Shown: positions 8,299 to 19,351 of the stretch, one piece after another
How the letters are laid out: each line of letters starts with the position of its first letter
Numbering within the stretch: position 1 is the first letter of the stretch
Assembly (NCBI GenBank): GCA_945788575.1
Contig: CALZMR010000001.1
Coordinates: 1,181-65,180 of the forward strand
From: an uncultured Woeseiaceae bacterium
GTDB taxonomy: Bacteria; Pseudomonadota; Gammaproteobacteria; Steroidobacterales; Woeseiaceae
DNA length: 64,000 bases
Direction: 5' to 3'
Program-made: the position numbers and the translations under genes
Notes under the pieces: generated by a model
What the model was told of the DNA's origin: nothing
Seen by the model: only the letters and a program-made list of their open reading frames with translations
The model's database searches: none

Positions 8299-8763
8299 CT
8301 ACAGGGTGCGGGTCATGAAACGGCTAAACGGGTCCGGGCCGTAGTCGGCGAAGGGGCCGCAGAATTCGAAGCCGAATTTCTCGTACAGTCGATGCGCTGC
8401 CTCAAAGGGCTCGCCGGATCCGGTCTCGAGGCTCAAACGCCGATAGCCGCGCTCTTCGGCGACTTCGAGCACTTTGTCCATAAGACGACTGGCGACGCCT
8501 TTACCGAGATGGGCGTCGGCTGTCCGCATGGACTTGATTTCGGCGTGTGTCTTGTCGAGTTCTTTTAGGGCGCCGCAGCCGAGCAACTCGTCGCCATCCC
8601 ATGCTGTCCAGAACGTGATGTCCGGTGCCCGCAGGCCGTCGATGTCGAGCGCATGAACGCTCTCGGGGGGCGTATTGTCGCGCATGCCGGCGAGATGGGC
8701 TTCGAGCAATGCGCGAACGGGCCCGCGACCGGGATCATCGACGACGATATTCATCGAAGACAT
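8299..8763 (-). CDS. GNAT family N-acetyltransferase
   Basis: 154 aa with an acetyl-CoA-binding-like core (RTADAHLGKGVASRLMDKVLEVAEERGYRRLSLETG, AAHRLYEKFGF). Confidence 0.85.
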   Translation of the reverse strand: MSSMNIVVDDPGRGPVRALLEAHLAGMRDNTPPESVHALDIDGLRAPDITFWTAWDGDELLGCGALKELDKTHAEIKSMRTADAHLGKGVASRLMDKVLEVAEERGYRRLSLETGSGEPFEAAHRLYEKFGFEFCGPFADYGPDPFSRFMTRTL

Positions 8764-8780
8764 GGTGGCGGACAGCGCGG

Positions 8781-10178
8781 TCAGTCGAGGTGCAGCGCCT
8801 TCATCTTGCGCGCCAGGGTGTTGCGACCCCAGCCGAGCAGCTTCGCCGCTTCCTGTCGATGGCCGTTGGTGCGGCTCATGGCGATTCGGATCAGCGTCTT
8901 CTCGAATTCCGGCACGGCGCTGTCGAGCAGCGGCTTATCTTCGCTCGACAATTGCGTCTCTGCCCACGCGGCGAGGCTGCGCGTCCAGTCCTGGGCGGCC
9001 TCCTGAGCGTCGCGATCGCCACCGAGGTCCGGCGGAATATCATCGACGGTAATCACGGTGCCGGGCGCGGTCACCGTCAGCCGCCGGGCAGCATTAACGA
9101 TCTGTCGAACATTGCCCGGCCACTCATAGGCCTTGAGCGCTTGCATCGCCTCGCTGTCGATCGTTTTCGCCGGCGTCTTGAGCTCGTTCGCCGCCTCGGC
9201 GAAGTAGTGGCTGAGGAGTAGCGGGATGTCTTCGCGGCGATGCCTCAGTGGTGGCGTATTGATGCGAATGACGTTCAGGCGGTGGTAGAGATCTTCGCGG
9301 AAGCGGCCTTCGGCCACCGCGCGGGCGAGGTCCTGGTTCGGTGCCGCAATGACGCGGACGTCGACTCGGATGGAACCCTGGCCACCGACGCGGTAGAACT
9401 CGCTTTCCGCCAGAACTCGCAGAAGACGCGTCTGTAGCGCCGGCGACATATCGCCGATCTCGTCCAGAAACAGCGTGCCACCGTCGGCTTGCTCGAATCG
9501 GCCGATCCGCCGCGCTTCGGCGCCGGTGAATGCGCCTTTCTCATGGCCGAAGAGCTCGGATTCGAGCAGCTCGGCGGCAATCGCCGACGTGTTCAGCGCG
9601 ATGAACGGTTTGTCGGCGCGTGGTGAGTGTTCGTGCAGCGCCTGGGCAACGAGTTCCTTGCCGGTTCCCGATTCGCCCGTGATGAGAACGGTCATGCTCG
9701 ACCCGGAGAGCCTGCCGATGGACCGGAATACCTCCTGCATTGCGGGCGCCTGGCCGATCATCGACGTCAGCGCGCCGTTCGCCGCGGTGGTTTCGCTGGC
9801 CCCGTTCGTCTTCCGCGCGGCGCGGCGCACGAGTTCGACAGCCTCATCGATATCGAATGGCTTGGGCAGATACTCGAACGCCCCGCCCTTGTAGGCCGCA
9901 ACCGCATTCTCGAGGTCCGAATGCGCCGTGATGACGATTATCGGCAGGTCTGGCTTGGATTCGTGCAGGCGCTCCAGCAACGCTATCCCGCTCATGCCCG
10001 GCATGCGTACGTCCGTGATCAGCACATCCGGTTCGGCATCCGAGATAGCCGACAGCAGGTGTTCTGCCCGCTCGAAGCTTCGGGTGCCAATGTCGGCCTG
10101 CGCAAGCGCCTGTTCCAACACCCAGCGGACGGATTGATCGTCATCGACGATCCACGCTTGCAGTTTCTTCCCGGTCAT
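8781..10178 (-). CDS. ntrC: nitrogen regulation protein NR(I), a sigma54-dependent response regulator
   Basis: 465 aa with a receiver domain (WIVDDD...DVRMPGMSG), an AAA+ sigma54 activator core (GESGTGKE, ESELFGHEKGAFTGA) and a C-terminal HTH. Its ATGA overlaps the upstream ntrB stop. Confidence 0.92.
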   Translation of the reverse strand: MTGKKLQAWIVDDDQSVRWVLEQALAQADIGTRSFERAEHLLSAISDAEPDVLITDVRMPGMSGIALLERLHESKPDLPIIVITAHSDLENAVAAYKGGAFEYLPKPFDIDEAVELVRRAARKTNGASETTAANGALTSMIGQAPAMQEVFRSIGRLSGSSMTVLITGESGTGKELVAQALHEHSPRADKPFIALNTSAIAAELLESELFGHEKGAFTGAEARRIGRFEQADGGTLFLDEIGDMSPALQTRLLRVLAESEFYRVGGQGSIRVDVRVIAAPNQDLARAVAEGRFREDLYHRLNVIRINTPPLRHRREDIPLLLSHYFAEAANELKTPAKTIDSEAMQALKAYEWPGNVRQIVNAARRLTVTAPGTVITVDDIPPDLGGDRDAQEAAQDWTRSLAAWAETQLSSEDKPLLDSAVPEFEKTLIRIAMSRTNGHRQEAAKLLGWGRNTLARKMKALHLD

Positions 10179-11272
10179 GAGCTTGCTCCCTGGTCGAGAG
10201 GAATGCGTACATAGAAGACAGTTTGGCCCGGCCGAGACTTGAACTCGATGAGGCCGCCGTGCCGGCTAATGAGCTCCTGCGCCGCCGGGAGTCCCAAGCC
10301 GGTGCCGTCCGGGCGGCTCGTGACCAGCGGATAGAAAATCGAGTCTTGCAGATCGACGGGAATGCCCGGGCCATCATCCTCGATTTCGATTGTCGCGATG
10401 ACGCGGTGCCGGACATCGCCGATCGTGAAGTTCGTGTCGGCGCGCGTGCGGATCGTGATCGTGCCCATGCGTTCCAATGCGGCCCGCGCGTTTTTGACGA
10501 GATTCAATAGCGCCTGCACCATCTGATCGCGATCCAGCAGCAGAGTCGGCAGGCCCGCATCGTATTCGCGGCGCACGGTGACGTGGGAATCGTCTTCGGC
10601 CCCAATGATCCGGATTACATACTCGAGGATCTCATGAATGTTGACGGCCTCTTTGTTCGGCGGCCCGCCCGGGCCGAGCAGCGTGTCGACAAGATTCGCC
10701 AGCCGGTCAGTCTCGCTGATAACGACCTTCGTGTATTCGCGCAGCGCGTCTTCGGGTAGCTGGCGCTCTAGCAGCTGTGCCGCGCCGCGGATGCCGCCAA
10801 GCGGATTCTTAATTTCGTGAGCGAGCTGGCGAATCATCTGCCGGCCCGCGCCATGCTGAATGAGAAGCGCATGCTCTCGATTGATGCGCGTGCGGCGCGT
10901 GACGTCGGTCATCTCGATTAACAGGGCAGCTTCGTCATGAGTGAACGGCGAAACCCTGCAATCGACGACGCGTTCGTCAGGATGCACGTCGGTCGGCGGA
11001 AAGTGGAGCACGTTCGCGTAATTGTCGCCGGTCTCGGCCACGCGGTTCAGGATGTCGGCGAACTCGGGTTCGTCGCCGATCAGGCGCAATAGCGACTCGC
11101 CGGGTGCGCGCCGCTGGCTAATGCCGAGCAGATTCTCCGCAGCCGGGTTTATCGCTGCAATGAGGAGCGACCTGTCTAGAAGGACGACGCCCGTCGACAG
11201 GCTGTCGAGAATTCCACTGGGATCGAATTTCCAAAGACCGTCGCCGGACTCGCCGCGACGATTCGAGGTCAG
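10175..11272 (-). CDS. ntrB: nitrogen regulation sensor histidine kinase NR(II); start codon uncertain
   Basis: It has a PAS-like N-terminus (ILDSLSTGVVLLDRSLLIAAINPAAENLL), an H-box (LAHEIKNPLGGIRGAAQLL) and an ATPase domain. No ATG/GTG/TTG lies between the upstream stop (11269) and the conserved N-terminus. The 5' limit is set at the CTG that overlaps that stop. Confidence 0.8.
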   Translation of the reverse strand: MTSNRRGESGDGLWKFDPSGILDSLSTGVVLLDRSLLIAAINPAAENLLGISQRRAPGESLLRLIGDEPEFADILNRVAETGDNYANVLHFPPTDVHPDERVVDCRVSPFTHDEAALLIEMTDVTRRTRINREHALLIQHGAGRQMIRQLAHEIKNPLGGIRGAAQLLERQLPEDALREYTKVVISETDRLANLVDTLLGPGGPPNKEAVNIHEILEYVIRIIGAEDDSHVTVRREYDAGLPTLLLDRDQMVQALLNLVKNARAALERMGTITIRTRADTNFTIGDVRHRVIATIEIEDDGPGIPVDLQDSIFYPLVTSRPDGTGLGLPAAQELISRHGGLIEFKSRPGQTVFYVRIPLDQGASS

Positions 11273-11790
11273 AAATTTACGGTGCTCTGTTGCACGTAGA
11301 ACCGGTTCGGCCGGCTCCGAATCATGAGCGTGCCGGCTTCGTTCAGGATCTCCACCTGAATATTGTGCACCCCGCGATAGACTTCCTCGATCTGAAAGCT
11401 CGATCTCGTCACCACTCGCGGGTTGCCGTCGAAGTACACGCGCATCTGATGGCCCGCCTGCAGCGCCGGCGACAGCGCCACCGATACGTTCAGGACGCCC
11501 TCGATATTCCATAGCGTCTCTTCGGCACCGGGAGATGCGATCTCGATGCTGTCGTACCGGAATGCCTGCTGGTCGTCGGCCGACTCTTCTTCAGCGGAAT
11601 CGTCGCCGGCCTGAGGAAAGCGGCGAACGGTCGTGGTGTTGGCGTCGGGGAGTACGATCTGTTCTGCGCCCGGCTCGGGCCGGTCGGAATAGTGGACGAC
11701 ACCGTTCTCGTCAACCCAGCGATAGGCCTGGGCGGCGACCGCCGTTGCAGCCAACAGGCCGACGACGAGCAAAATAGGGCGCTTGTCCAT
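11269..11790 (-). CDS. DUF4124-like secreted protein
   Basis: 173 aa with a signal peptide followed by YRWVDENGVVHYSDRPEPGAE, the motif typical of DUF4124. It sits in the glnA-ntrB spacer position. Confidence 0.7.
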   Translation of the reverse strand: MDKRPILLVVGLLAATAVAAQAYRWVDENGVVHYSDRPEPGAEQIVLPDANTTTVRRFPQAGDDSAEEESADDQQAFRYDSIEIASPGAEETLWNIEGVLNVSVALSPALQAGHQMRVYFDGNPRVVTRSSFQIEEVYRGVHNIQVEILNEAGTLMIRSRPNRFYVQQSTVNF

Positions 11791-11829
11791 GGACTTAGCA
11801 TAACAATCCCGAGCGGGTTTAAGCCAGCG

Positions 11830-11856
11830 ACCGGGCGGCTAAAACTGCCGCCCGGT
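11830..11856 (-). terminator. perfect 10-bp GC-rich hairpin 17 nt downstream of the glnA stop (no U-tract)
   Basis: accgggcggc-taaaact-gccgcccggt. It could attenuate read-through from glnA into DUF4124-ntrBC. Confidence 0.45.
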
Positions 11857-11873
11857 TCACACTTTTGGCTTTT

Positions 11874-13283
11874 TTACAGGCTGTAATACATATCGAATTC
11901 AACAGGATGGGTCGTCATCCGCAGGCGGGAGACGTTTTCCATCTTGAGGTCGATATACGCGTCGATCAGGTCGTCCGAGAATACGTCGCCAGCCTTCAGG
12001 AACTCACGATCCTGATCGAGAGCGGCGAGCGCCTCTTCGAGCGAGAACGCGACGAGCTGCAGCTCCTTCTCTTCCTCCGGCGGCAGATCGTAGAGATCCT
12101 TGTCCATGGCGTCGCCCGGATGGATCTTGTTCTGGATGCCGTCGAGGCCGGCCATCATCAGTGCTGCGAACGCGAGATAGGGATTCGCCATCGAATCCGG
12201 GAAGCGCACTTCGATGCGGCGCGCCTTCGGATTGGCGACGTACGGAATACGAATCGACGCAGACCGGTTGCGTGCGGAGTACGCGAGGATCGTCGGCGCC
12301 TCGAATCCCGGGACGAGTCGCTTGTAGCTGTTGGTCGCAGGATTCGTGAACGCGTTGATGGCCTTGGCGTGCTTGATGACACCGCCGATATAGAACAGGG
12401 CCGTGTCCGACAGGCCGCCATAGCCGTCGCCCGAGAACAGGTTCTCGCCGTCTTTGGTCAGAGACTGGTGGACGTGCATGCCGTTGCCGTTGTCGTTAAC
12501 CAGCGGTTTGGGCATGAAGGTCGCCGTCTTGCCATAAGCGTGTGCGACGTTGTGGACGACGTACTTCAGAATCTGGACCTCGTCGGCCTTGCGAACCAGC
12601 GTATTGAATAGCGCGCCGATCTCGCACTGCCCCGCGGTCGCGACTTCGTGGTGATGAACCTCGGTCTCGACGCCCATGTCTTCGAGCGCCAGACACATCG
12701 CCGAGCGGATGTCGTGCAGCGAATCAACCGGAGGCACGGGGAAGTAGCCGCCCTTGACGGTCGGGCGATGGCCCGTGTTGCCTTCTTCCAGGCTGCGGTT
12801 GGTGTTCCAGGCGCCTTCGTCGGAGTCGACCTTGTAGAACGCGCCCTGCATGCTGTCATCCCAGGAGACGCTGTCGAAGACGAAGAATTCGTTCTCGGGT
12901 CCGAAGAATGCCGCGTCGGCGATTCCCGTGGACTTCAGATAAGCCTCCGCACGCCCGGCGAGCGAGCGCGGGCAGCGGTCGTAGCCCTGCATCGTCGCCG
13001 GCTCGACAACGTTGCATCGCAGATTGAGCGTGGCCTCGTCGGCGAACAGGTCGAGAACGCTCGACGCGGGATCCGGCATCAGGATCATGTCGGACTCATT
13101 GATTCCCTTCCAGCCGGAGATCGACGAGCCATCGAACATCTTGCCATCTTCAAAAAGGTCTTCGTCGACGGTATGGGAAGGAACGGTTACGTGCTGTTCC
13201 TTACCTTTCGTATCGGTGAAACGAAAGTCGACAAACTTAACCTCATTTTCTTTGATGAGGGCGAGTACGTCTGCGGGCTTCAT
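11874..13283 (-). CDS. glnA: glutamine synthetase, type I
   Basis: 469 aa, colinear with GlnA over its full length ([30 protein letters not shown], adenylylation-loop region NLYDLPPEE-like DLYDLPPEE). GGAGGA lies upstream of the ATG. Confidence 0.97.
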   Translation of the reverse strand: MKPADVLALIKENEVKFVDFRFTDTKGKEQHVTVPSHTVDEDLFEDGKMFDGSSISGWKGINESDMILMPDPASSVLDLFADEATLNLRCNVVEPATMQGYDRCPRSLAGRAEAYLKSTGIADAAFFGPENEFFVFDSVSWDDSMQGAFYKVDSDEGAWNTNRSLEEGNTGHRPTVKGGYFPVPPVDSLHDIRSAMCLALEDMGVETEVHHHEVATAGQCEIGALFNTLVRKADEVQILKYVVHNVAHAYGKTATFMPKPLVNDNGNGMHVHQSLTKDGENLFSGDGYGGLSDTALFYIGGVIKHAKAINAFTNPATNSYKRLVPGFEAPTILAYSARNRSASIRIPYVANPKARRIEVRFPDSMANPYLAFAALMMAGLDGIQNKIHPGDAMDKDLYDLPPEEEKELQLVAFSLEEALAALDQDREFLKAGDVFSDDLIDAYIDLKMENVSRLRMTTHPVEFDMYYSL

Positions 13284-13353
13284 TGGGCTTCCTCCACTGG
13301 CAAAAACAAAAAAGACGACCCAGCGATCATCGCCGGGCGAATGACCTCACTAT

Positions 13354-13369
13354 TGCACGATGTGTGCCA
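13354..13369 (-). promoter_or_regulatory. sigma54 (-24/-12) promoter of glnA
   Basis: The minus strand reads TGGCACacatcGTGCA (GG-N10-GC spacing), about 70 nt upstream of the glnA ATG. Confidence 0.55.
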
Positions 13370-13431
13370 AAATGGTGCTAGGCATAAGTGTCTGTTTTAA
13401 TTGATATTCGGCTGGCCGCCCTGCAAGCATT

Positions 13432-13509
13432 TGCGCTATTTTGGTGCAGGCCGCACTCTGCGCGCCTCAATATAGTGCATTTCGTTGGCGCGTGCACCCG
13501 TTTGCGCAC
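13432..13509. promoter_or_regulatory. candidate NtrC enhancer sites upstream of the glnA sigma54 promoter
   Basis: TGCGCTattttGGTGCA (13432-13448) and TGCACCcgtttGCGCAC (13493-13509) resemble TGCACC-N5-GGTGCA. Their position upstream of the -24/-12 element fits the glnAp2 architecture. Confidence 0.4.
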
Positions 13510-13615
13510 GGGCCGGCACGATGGGGTTTCTCGAGCCGGGCGACTCCTCTACGATCAGCCTGGCAGGCGCAGCCGGCGGCGGCGCACATCAATGACAAAT
13601 CAGAGGATAAGGCCC

Positions 13616-15679
13616 ATGCAGATCAGAGCTCTCGCTGTAGCGATGACGATCCTGACAAGCACCGCGATCGCTGAGGAGGGGATGTGGACGATCGATAACT
13701 TCCCTGCCGATCGCATACAGGAGCGCTACGACGTGACGATCGGCGAGGACTGGCTTCGATCGGCACAGCTCGCAACGACTCGGCTCGAGAACGGCTGCAC
13801 GGGCTCCTTCGCTTCTCCCGATGGCCTGATCCTGACCAACAATCACTGCACCTGGAGCTGTATACGCAATCTGTCCAGCGCCGAACGCAATCTGTCGGAC
13901 GAGGGCTTCATGGCCGCCGCCCGTGAAGACGAGCTGCGCTGCCCGGGCCAGCAGATCTCGGTGCTCGTCGATTTCGACGAAGTGACCGACGAGATTGCCG
14001 ACGCAACACACGGCCTCGACGACGCCGCGGCCAACGAGGCGCGAAAAGCGAGACTCACCGAGCTGGAAGCGGCCTGCGAGGAAGCTTCGGACGGAGAGTT
14101 CAGCTGTGAGGCCGTAAAGCTCTATAACGGCGGTCAGTACTTTATCTACCAGTACAAACGCTATGACGACGTCCGGCTCGTCTTCGCGCCGGAACTCGAC
14201 ATCGCGGCATTCGGCGGCGACCCGGACAACTTCAATTTCCCGCGCTGGTGCCTCGATATGTCGTTCCTGCGCGCCTACGAAGACGGAGAGCCGGCCGACA
14301 CGCCTAACTACCTGCAATGGCGACAAGCCGGCCCGCAGGCAGGCGAACCGGTATTCGTCAGCGGACACCCCGGTTCGACAGACAGATCGTTGACGATGTC
14401 GCAGCTGCGGATGTTGCGTGACCTGTCTTATCCGAACTGGTTGTTGCGCTATTCCGAATTGCGCGGGCGGATGCTGGCATGGGCGAACACCAGTGACGAG
14501 GCGGCGCGCATTGTCCAGCAAAGCATCCTGGGCATAGAGAACGGGATCAAGGTGCGCCGCAACCAGCTCTCTGCGCTGCAGAATGACGCCATGATGGCGG
14601 AGAAAGAGCGCCAGGAGCGCGCGCTGCGTGAGGCGGTGGAGGCGGACCCGGAGCTGAGGTCGGCCTACGGGGGCGCCTGGGATCTGATCGACGGCGCCAT
14701 TGCCGTGCATCGAAATATGTACGAGGAATACTTGTTCATCGAGGATCTCGCCGGCTTACAGGGGGATCTGTTTACGTACGCGAGATTGATTGTTCGCGGC
14801 ACCGGGGAGATCGAGCTGCCGAACAGTGAGCGCATGCGCGACTACACCGACGCCGCGCTGCCCCAGCTCGAGCAGTTCCTGCTGGCGGAGCGCCCGATCA
14901 GCAGAGAGTACGACAGGCTGCGGCTGTCCTTCTCGCTCGACAAGATGCGAGAGTGGCTCGGGCCGGATAGCCGATATGTTCACCGGATACTCGGATCGGA
15001 GTCGCCCGACACATTGGCAGCGAACCTGGTCGACAACACGGGGCTCGACGATCCCGAATTCCGCGAGACCCTCTGGCGTGGCGGACGGTCTGCCGTGTTG
15101 GCGAGCGACGACCCAATGATCCGGCTCGCCCTTGCCATAGAGGGTGACGCCCGCGCTCTCAGAACGCGGTTCGAAGACGAAGTCGAAGCGCCCCTCACCC
15201 GAGGCGAGGAGATGATCGCCGATGCGCGCTTCCGGATTTACGGCACAGACATATATCCCGACGCCACATTCACCTTGCGAATCACTTACGGCGCTGTCGA
15301 AGGCTGGGAAGAGCGTGGCGAAGCGGTGGAGCCCTTTACCCGAACAAGTCGTCTGTTCGAACGCGCGACTGGAGAGCGGCCGTTCATGTTGCCGCCGACC
15401 TGGCAGCGCACGCGGGAGGACCTCGACGCCGAAACCCCGTTCAATTTCGTCGCGACGACAGACATCACGGGCGGCAACTCGGGCAGCCCGATCATGGCGG
15501 CGGATGGCTCGCTGGTGGGCCTCGCGTTCGACGGCAACATCCACTCGATCGCCGGCGCCTACTGGTTCGATGAGTCGATCAATCGAACGGTCGGTGTGAA
15601 CACCGCGATAATGCTGGAAGCCCTCGAGGTCGTGTATGGGGCGGATCATCTCGTCGAGGAGTTGTCCATTTCTGAATGA
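13616..15679 (+). CDS. S46 family dipeptidyl-peptidase (DPP7/DPP11-like), secreted
   Basis: The start is at ATG 13616 (RBS AGAGGA). A signal peptide is followed by [14 protein letters not shown] (His) and [13 protein letters not shown] (Ser). An alternative ATG lies at 13592. Confidence 0.85.
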   Translation: MQIRALAVAMTILTSTAIAEEGMWTIDNFPADRIQERYDVTIGEDWLRSAQLATTRLENGCTGSFASPDGLILTNNHCTWSCIRNLSSAERNLSDEGFMAAAREDELRCPGQQISVLVDFDEVTDEIADATHGLDDAAANEARKARLTELEAACEEASDGEFSCEAVKLYNGGQYFIYQYKRYDDVRLVFAPELDIAAFGGDPDNFNFPRWCLDMSFLRAYEDGEPADTPNYLQWRQAGPQAGEPVFVSGHPGSTDRSLTMSQLRMLRDLSYPNWLLRYSELRGRMLAWANTSDEAARIVQQSILGIENGIKVRRNQLSALQNDAMMAEKERQERALREAVEADPELRSAYGGAWDLIDGAIAVHRNMYEEYLFIEDLAGLQGDLFTYARLIVRGTGEIELPNSERMRDYTDAALPQLEQFLLAERPISREYDRLRLSFSLDKMREWLGPDSRYVHRILGSESPDTLAANLVDNTGLDDPEFRETLWRGGRSAVLASDDPMIRLALAIEGDARALRTRFEDEVEAPLTRGEEMIADARFRIYGTDIYPDATFTLRITYGAVEGWEERGEAVEPFTRTSRLFERATGERPFMLPPTWQRTREDLDAETPFNFVATTDITGGNSGSPIMAADGSLVGLAFDGNIHSIAGAYWFDESINRTVGVNTAIMLEALEVVYGADHLVEELSISE

Positions 15680-15773
15680 CCATCGCGGAGTAAGCGTTGG
15701 CGCGGCTTGTACGCCTGTCGGAAGGCTGACAAGTACCCTATACTGCGCGGGTTTTCAGCGAGTGACCTTATTG

Positions 15774-16715
15774 ATGGGCGCCAAGGACGCACAGCCTTTC
15801 CTGTCGTTTCAGGATCTGATTCTCAGACTTCAGCAGTACTGGGCCGAGCGCGGCTGCGTGATCCTTCAGCCTTACGACAAGGAGATGGGTGCCGGCACGT
15901 TCCATCCGGCGACGTTCCTGAGGTCGATTGGCCCCGAGCCCTGGAGCGCGGCCTACGTGCAGCCGAGCCGGCGGCCGACGGACGGCCGTTACGGCGACAA
16001 TCCGTTCAGGCTGCAGCACTACTATCAGTATCAAGTCGTCATTAAGCCGTCGCCGTTAGATCTCCAGGACATGTACCTGGATTCGCTGCGAGCAATCGGT
16101 ATCGACCCTAACGTTCACGACATACGTTTTGTCGAAGACAACTGGGAGTCGCCGACGCTCGGCGCCTGGGGCCTTGGCTGGGAGGTGTGGCTGAACGGCA
16201 TGGAGGTCACGCAGTTCACGTACTTCCAGCAAGTCGGCGGTCTCGAATGCCGGCCCGTCACGGGCGAAATTACCTACGGCATCGAACGTCTCGCCATGTA
16301 TCTGCAGAACGTCGAGAGCATCTTTGACCTGGTCTGGACCGACGGGCCGCTAGGGCGCATCACTTACGGCGACGTCTACCATCAGAATGAAGTCGAGCAA
16401 TCGAAGTACAACTTCGAGGAGGCCGACGTCGACGACCTCTTCCACGCCTTCGATCACGCCGAGCAGGAATGCGAGCGCCTAATCGCCGCGGGGCTCGCGT
16501 TGCCGGCCTACGAACAGATGCTGGCCGCATCGCACCTGTTCAATCTTCTCGACGCACGCCAGGCGATATCGGTCAGCGAGCGCCAGCGCTTCATCCTGCG
16601 CGTGCGCACGATGGCCCGCTCCGTGGCTGAGGCCTACTACGCATCGCGCGAAGCGCTGGGTTTCCCAATGGTCACTAGCGTCGCGAGCGCCGACAACGGA
16701 GCATCGGCTGCATGA
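15774..16715 (+). CDS. glyQ: glycine--tRNA ligase alpha subunit
   Basis: 313 aa from ATG 15774. It is near-colinear with GlyQ ([57 protein letters not shown]). Confidence 0.96.
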   Translation: MGAKDAQPFLSFQDLILRLQQYWAERGCVILQPYDKEMGAGTFHPATFLRSIGPEPWSAAYVQPSRRPTDGRYGDNPFRLQHYYQYQVVIKPSPLDLQDMYLDSLRAIGIDPNVHDIRFVEDNWESPTLGAWGLGWEVWLNGMEVTQFTYFQQVGGLECRPVTGEITYGIERLAMYLQNVESIFDLVWTDGPLGRITYGDVYHQNEVEQSKYNFEEADVDDLFHAFDHAEQECERLIAAGLALPAYEQMLAASHLFNLLDARQAISVSERQRFILRVRTMARSVAEAYYASREALGFPMVTSVASADNGASAA

Positions 16716-18796
16716 CGGCCGCAGATTTTCTGGTAGAAATCGGCACCGAAGAGTTGCCGCCGAAAGCGCTGCGATCGCTGATGGACGCTTTTGCCGTCAA
16801 TGTCGTGTCCGGACTTGACGAGGCGCGCCTCGCACACGCGGACGCAAAAGCCTTCGCGAGCCCGCGGCGACTAGCGGTGTGGGTGCAGCAGCTGCAGTCC
16901 AGGCAGGACGACCAAACGACGACCCAGAAGGGGCCGCCGGTCAAGGTTGCCTTCGACACCGACGGCAAGCCGACGCCGGCGGCGATGGCGTTCGCGAAGA
17001 AGTGCGGCGTCGAGCTGGACGCGCTCAGCCGGCAAACGACCGACAAGGGCGAGTGGCTTACCTGCGAAATCAGCGAGGCCGGCAAGTCGGCGGCGGAGCT
17101 GGTTCCGGGTGTCGTCGAAAATGCGCTTGCCGCTCTGCCGATACCTCGGCGAATGCGCTGGGGCGCCGGCGATGCAGAGTTCGTGCGCCCGGTCCACTGG
17201 ATCGTACTGCTGCACGGAAGCAAAGTGATCAAGACGACGATCTTCGGAATCGCGTCCGGCAAGAAGTCACAGGGTCACCGGTTTCACGGCAAGAAATCGA
17301 TTGCCATCAAGACGCCCGCCGATTACGAAGAAGCGCTCGAGAAAGACGGACATGTCATTGCGGACTTCGACCGTCGCCGCCAGCTTGTAAGTGACGGCGT
17401 GGAGGCGGAGGCGAAGAAGGCGGGTGGAATTATTGTCGATGGCGACTCGCTGTACGACGAAGTCGCGGCACTCGTCGAGTGGCCGGTGCCGCTAACGGGT
17501 GCGTTCGACGAGAAATTTCTGGAGCTGCCACGCGAAGTCGTCGTTTCCACGCTTACCGGACACCAGCGCTACTTCCCGGTCGCAGGCGGTGACGGCAAGC
17601 TGCTACCGAGCTTCGTCACGGTCGCCAATATCGAAAGCAAGGATCCGGACCAGGTCCGGGACGGTAACGAACGCGTTATTCGTCCTCGGCTGGCCGACGC
17701 CGCTTTCTTCTGGGACAGCGATCGAGCAAGGCCGCTTGCGACACGCATCGATTCTCTGCGCGAAGTCGTCTATCAACGAGGACTCGGCAGCCTGCACGAC
17801 AAGGCATCCCGCGTCGCGCGTCTGGCGGTTGGCATCGCAGAAGCGCTCGATGTCGACGTCGCCGCTGTGGAGCGCGCGGCGATGCTCGCGAAGTGCGACC
17901 TGCTCACCGGTATGGTCGGCGAGTTTCCCGACCTACAGGGCACGATGGGCCAGTATTACGCGGCGCAGGACGGGGAGCCGCCTGAGGTTGTCGCCGCAAT
18001 CGGCGAACATTACATGCCGCGCTTCGCGGGCGACGAGCTGCCGGCAACGGATGCCGGACGCGTCATTGCTATCGCCGACAAACTGGATACCCTCGCCGGC
18101 ATCTTCGCGATAGGCAAACAGCCATCCGGCAGTCGCGACCCGTTCGGCCTGCGCCGTGCGGCGCTCGGCGTAATACGGATTCTCGTGGAGTGCGGCCTCG
18201 ACATCGACTTGAGCGCCACTATCCGGGCAGCCGCTGAAGCCCAGCCGTCGTCGAAGCTCAGCGCGGAAGATATCGGCGAGGCGCTATCGCACTTCATGAC
18301 CGATCGCCTAAAGCCGTACTTCCTCGATCGCGACGAATCGCTCGACGTGACCACCTTCGATGCCGTGCTTGCAAGAAGCCCGGCGTCGCTCGTCGACTTC
18401 GCAAACCGGCTCGAGGCGGTGCAGTTATTTATCGCCCTGGACGAGGCCGAGAGCCTGGCCGCGGCCAACAAGCGCATCGCCAATATCCTGAAGAAGTCGG
18501 ATCACGACGCCGGCCGCGGCGTAAAGCAGAAGCTGCTCAAAGACGAGGCGGAGCAGGCACTGTATGCGGCGCTCGGCGACGCCAGCGAGACCGTGAAGCC
18601 CATGCTCGAGGAGCGCCGCTACGCGGATGCGCTGCGTACGCTTGCCTCGCTCAAGGCGCCCGTCGACCGGTTCTTCGACGAGGTGCTCGTAATGACCGAC
18701 GACGAAGCGCAGAAGAACAATCGTTTGGCGCTTTTAGGCGAGCTTCGCAACCTGTTCCTCGACGTTGCCGACATTTCACGTCTATCAATCGCCTGA
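16712..18796 (+). CDS. glyS: glycine--tRNA ligase beta subunit
   Basis: 694 aa with an ATGA overlap with glyQ. The N-terminus [16 protein letters not shown] is typical of GlyS. Confidence 0.95.
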   Translation: MTAADFLVEIGTEELPPKALRSLMDAFAVNVVSGLDEARLAHADAKAFASPRRLAVWVQQLQSRQDDQTTTQKGPPVKVAFDTDGKPTPAAMAFAKKCGVELDALSRQTTDKGEWLTCEISEAGKSAAELVPGVVENALAALPIPRRMRWGAGDAEFVRPVHWIVLLHGSKVIKTTIFGIASGKKSQGHRFHGKKSIAIKTPADYEEALEKDGHVIADFDRRRQLVSDGVEAEAKKAGGIIVDGDSLYDEVAALVEWPVPLTGAFDEKFLELPREVVVSTLTGHQRYFPVAGGDGKLLPSFVTVANIESKDPDQVRDGNERVIRPRLADAAFFWDSDRARPLATRIDSLREVVYQRGLGSLHDKASRVARLAVGIAEALDVDVAAVERAAMLAKCDLLTGMVGEFPDLQGTMGQYYAAQDGEPPEVVAAIGEHYMPRFAGDELPATDAGRVIAIADKLDTLAGIFAIGKQPSGSRDPFGLRRAALGVIRILVECGLDIDLSATIRAAAEAQPSSKLSAEDIGEALSHFMTDRLKPYFLDRDESLDVTTFDAVLARSPASLVDFANRLEAVQLFIALDEAESLAAANKRIANILKKSDHDAGRGVKQKLLKDEAEQALYAALGDASETVKPMLEERRYADALRTLASLKAPVDRFFDEVLVMTDDEAQKNNRLALLGELRNLFLDVADISRLSIA

Positions 18797-18799
18797 ACG

Positions 18800-19351
18800 A
18801 TGGCCTCGCGCGAGCTCATCATTCTCGACCGCGATGGCGTGATTAATCGCGATTCGAAAGCCTTCGTGAAATCGGCCGACGAGTGGCAGCCGCTGCCGGG
18901 CAGTATCGACGCTATCGCCCGGCTTTCGAAGGCCGGCTTCGTACTCGCCGTCGCATCAAATCAGTCCGGTTTGGCGCGCGGTCTATTCGATTCCGCCGCG
19001 CTCGACGAGATGCACGCCAAGCTGCAGAGCCTCGTAACGGCCGCTGGTGGCGCCGTCGACTACATCACGGTGTGTCCGCACGGGCCCGATGACGATTGCG
19101 ACTGCCGCAAGCCTAAACCGGGGCTGCTCGAACGCGTTGGTCGCCACTTCGGCACGACCCTCAACGAAGCTTTCGTCATCGGCGACTCGCTTCGCGACCT
19201 GCAGGCGGGCTCGGCTGTTGGCGCGACACCGATCCTCGTGCGCACCGGTAACGGTCGCACAACGGAGGCCGCGCTGAGCGGCTCGCTCGCTTCGATTGAC
19301 GTATTCGACGACCTTGCCGCGGCCGCCGATTACTTGCTCGAGGGGCGCTGA
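18800..19351 (+). CDS. gmhB: D-glycero-beta-D-manno-heptose-1,7-bisphosphate 7-phosphatase (HAD family)
   Basis: 183 aa with LDRDGVIN (DxD motif), a Cys cluster CPHGPDDDCDCRKPKPG, and GDSLRD. Confidence 0.85.
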   Translation: MASRELIILDRDGVINRDSKAFVKSADEWQPLPGSIDAIARLSKAGFVLAVASNQSGLARGLFDSAALDEMHAKLQSLVTAAGGAVDYITVCPHGPDDDCDCRKPKPGLLERVGRHFGTTLNEAFVIGDSLRDLQAGSAVGATPILVRTGNGRTTEAALSGSLASIDVFDDLAAAADYLLEGR

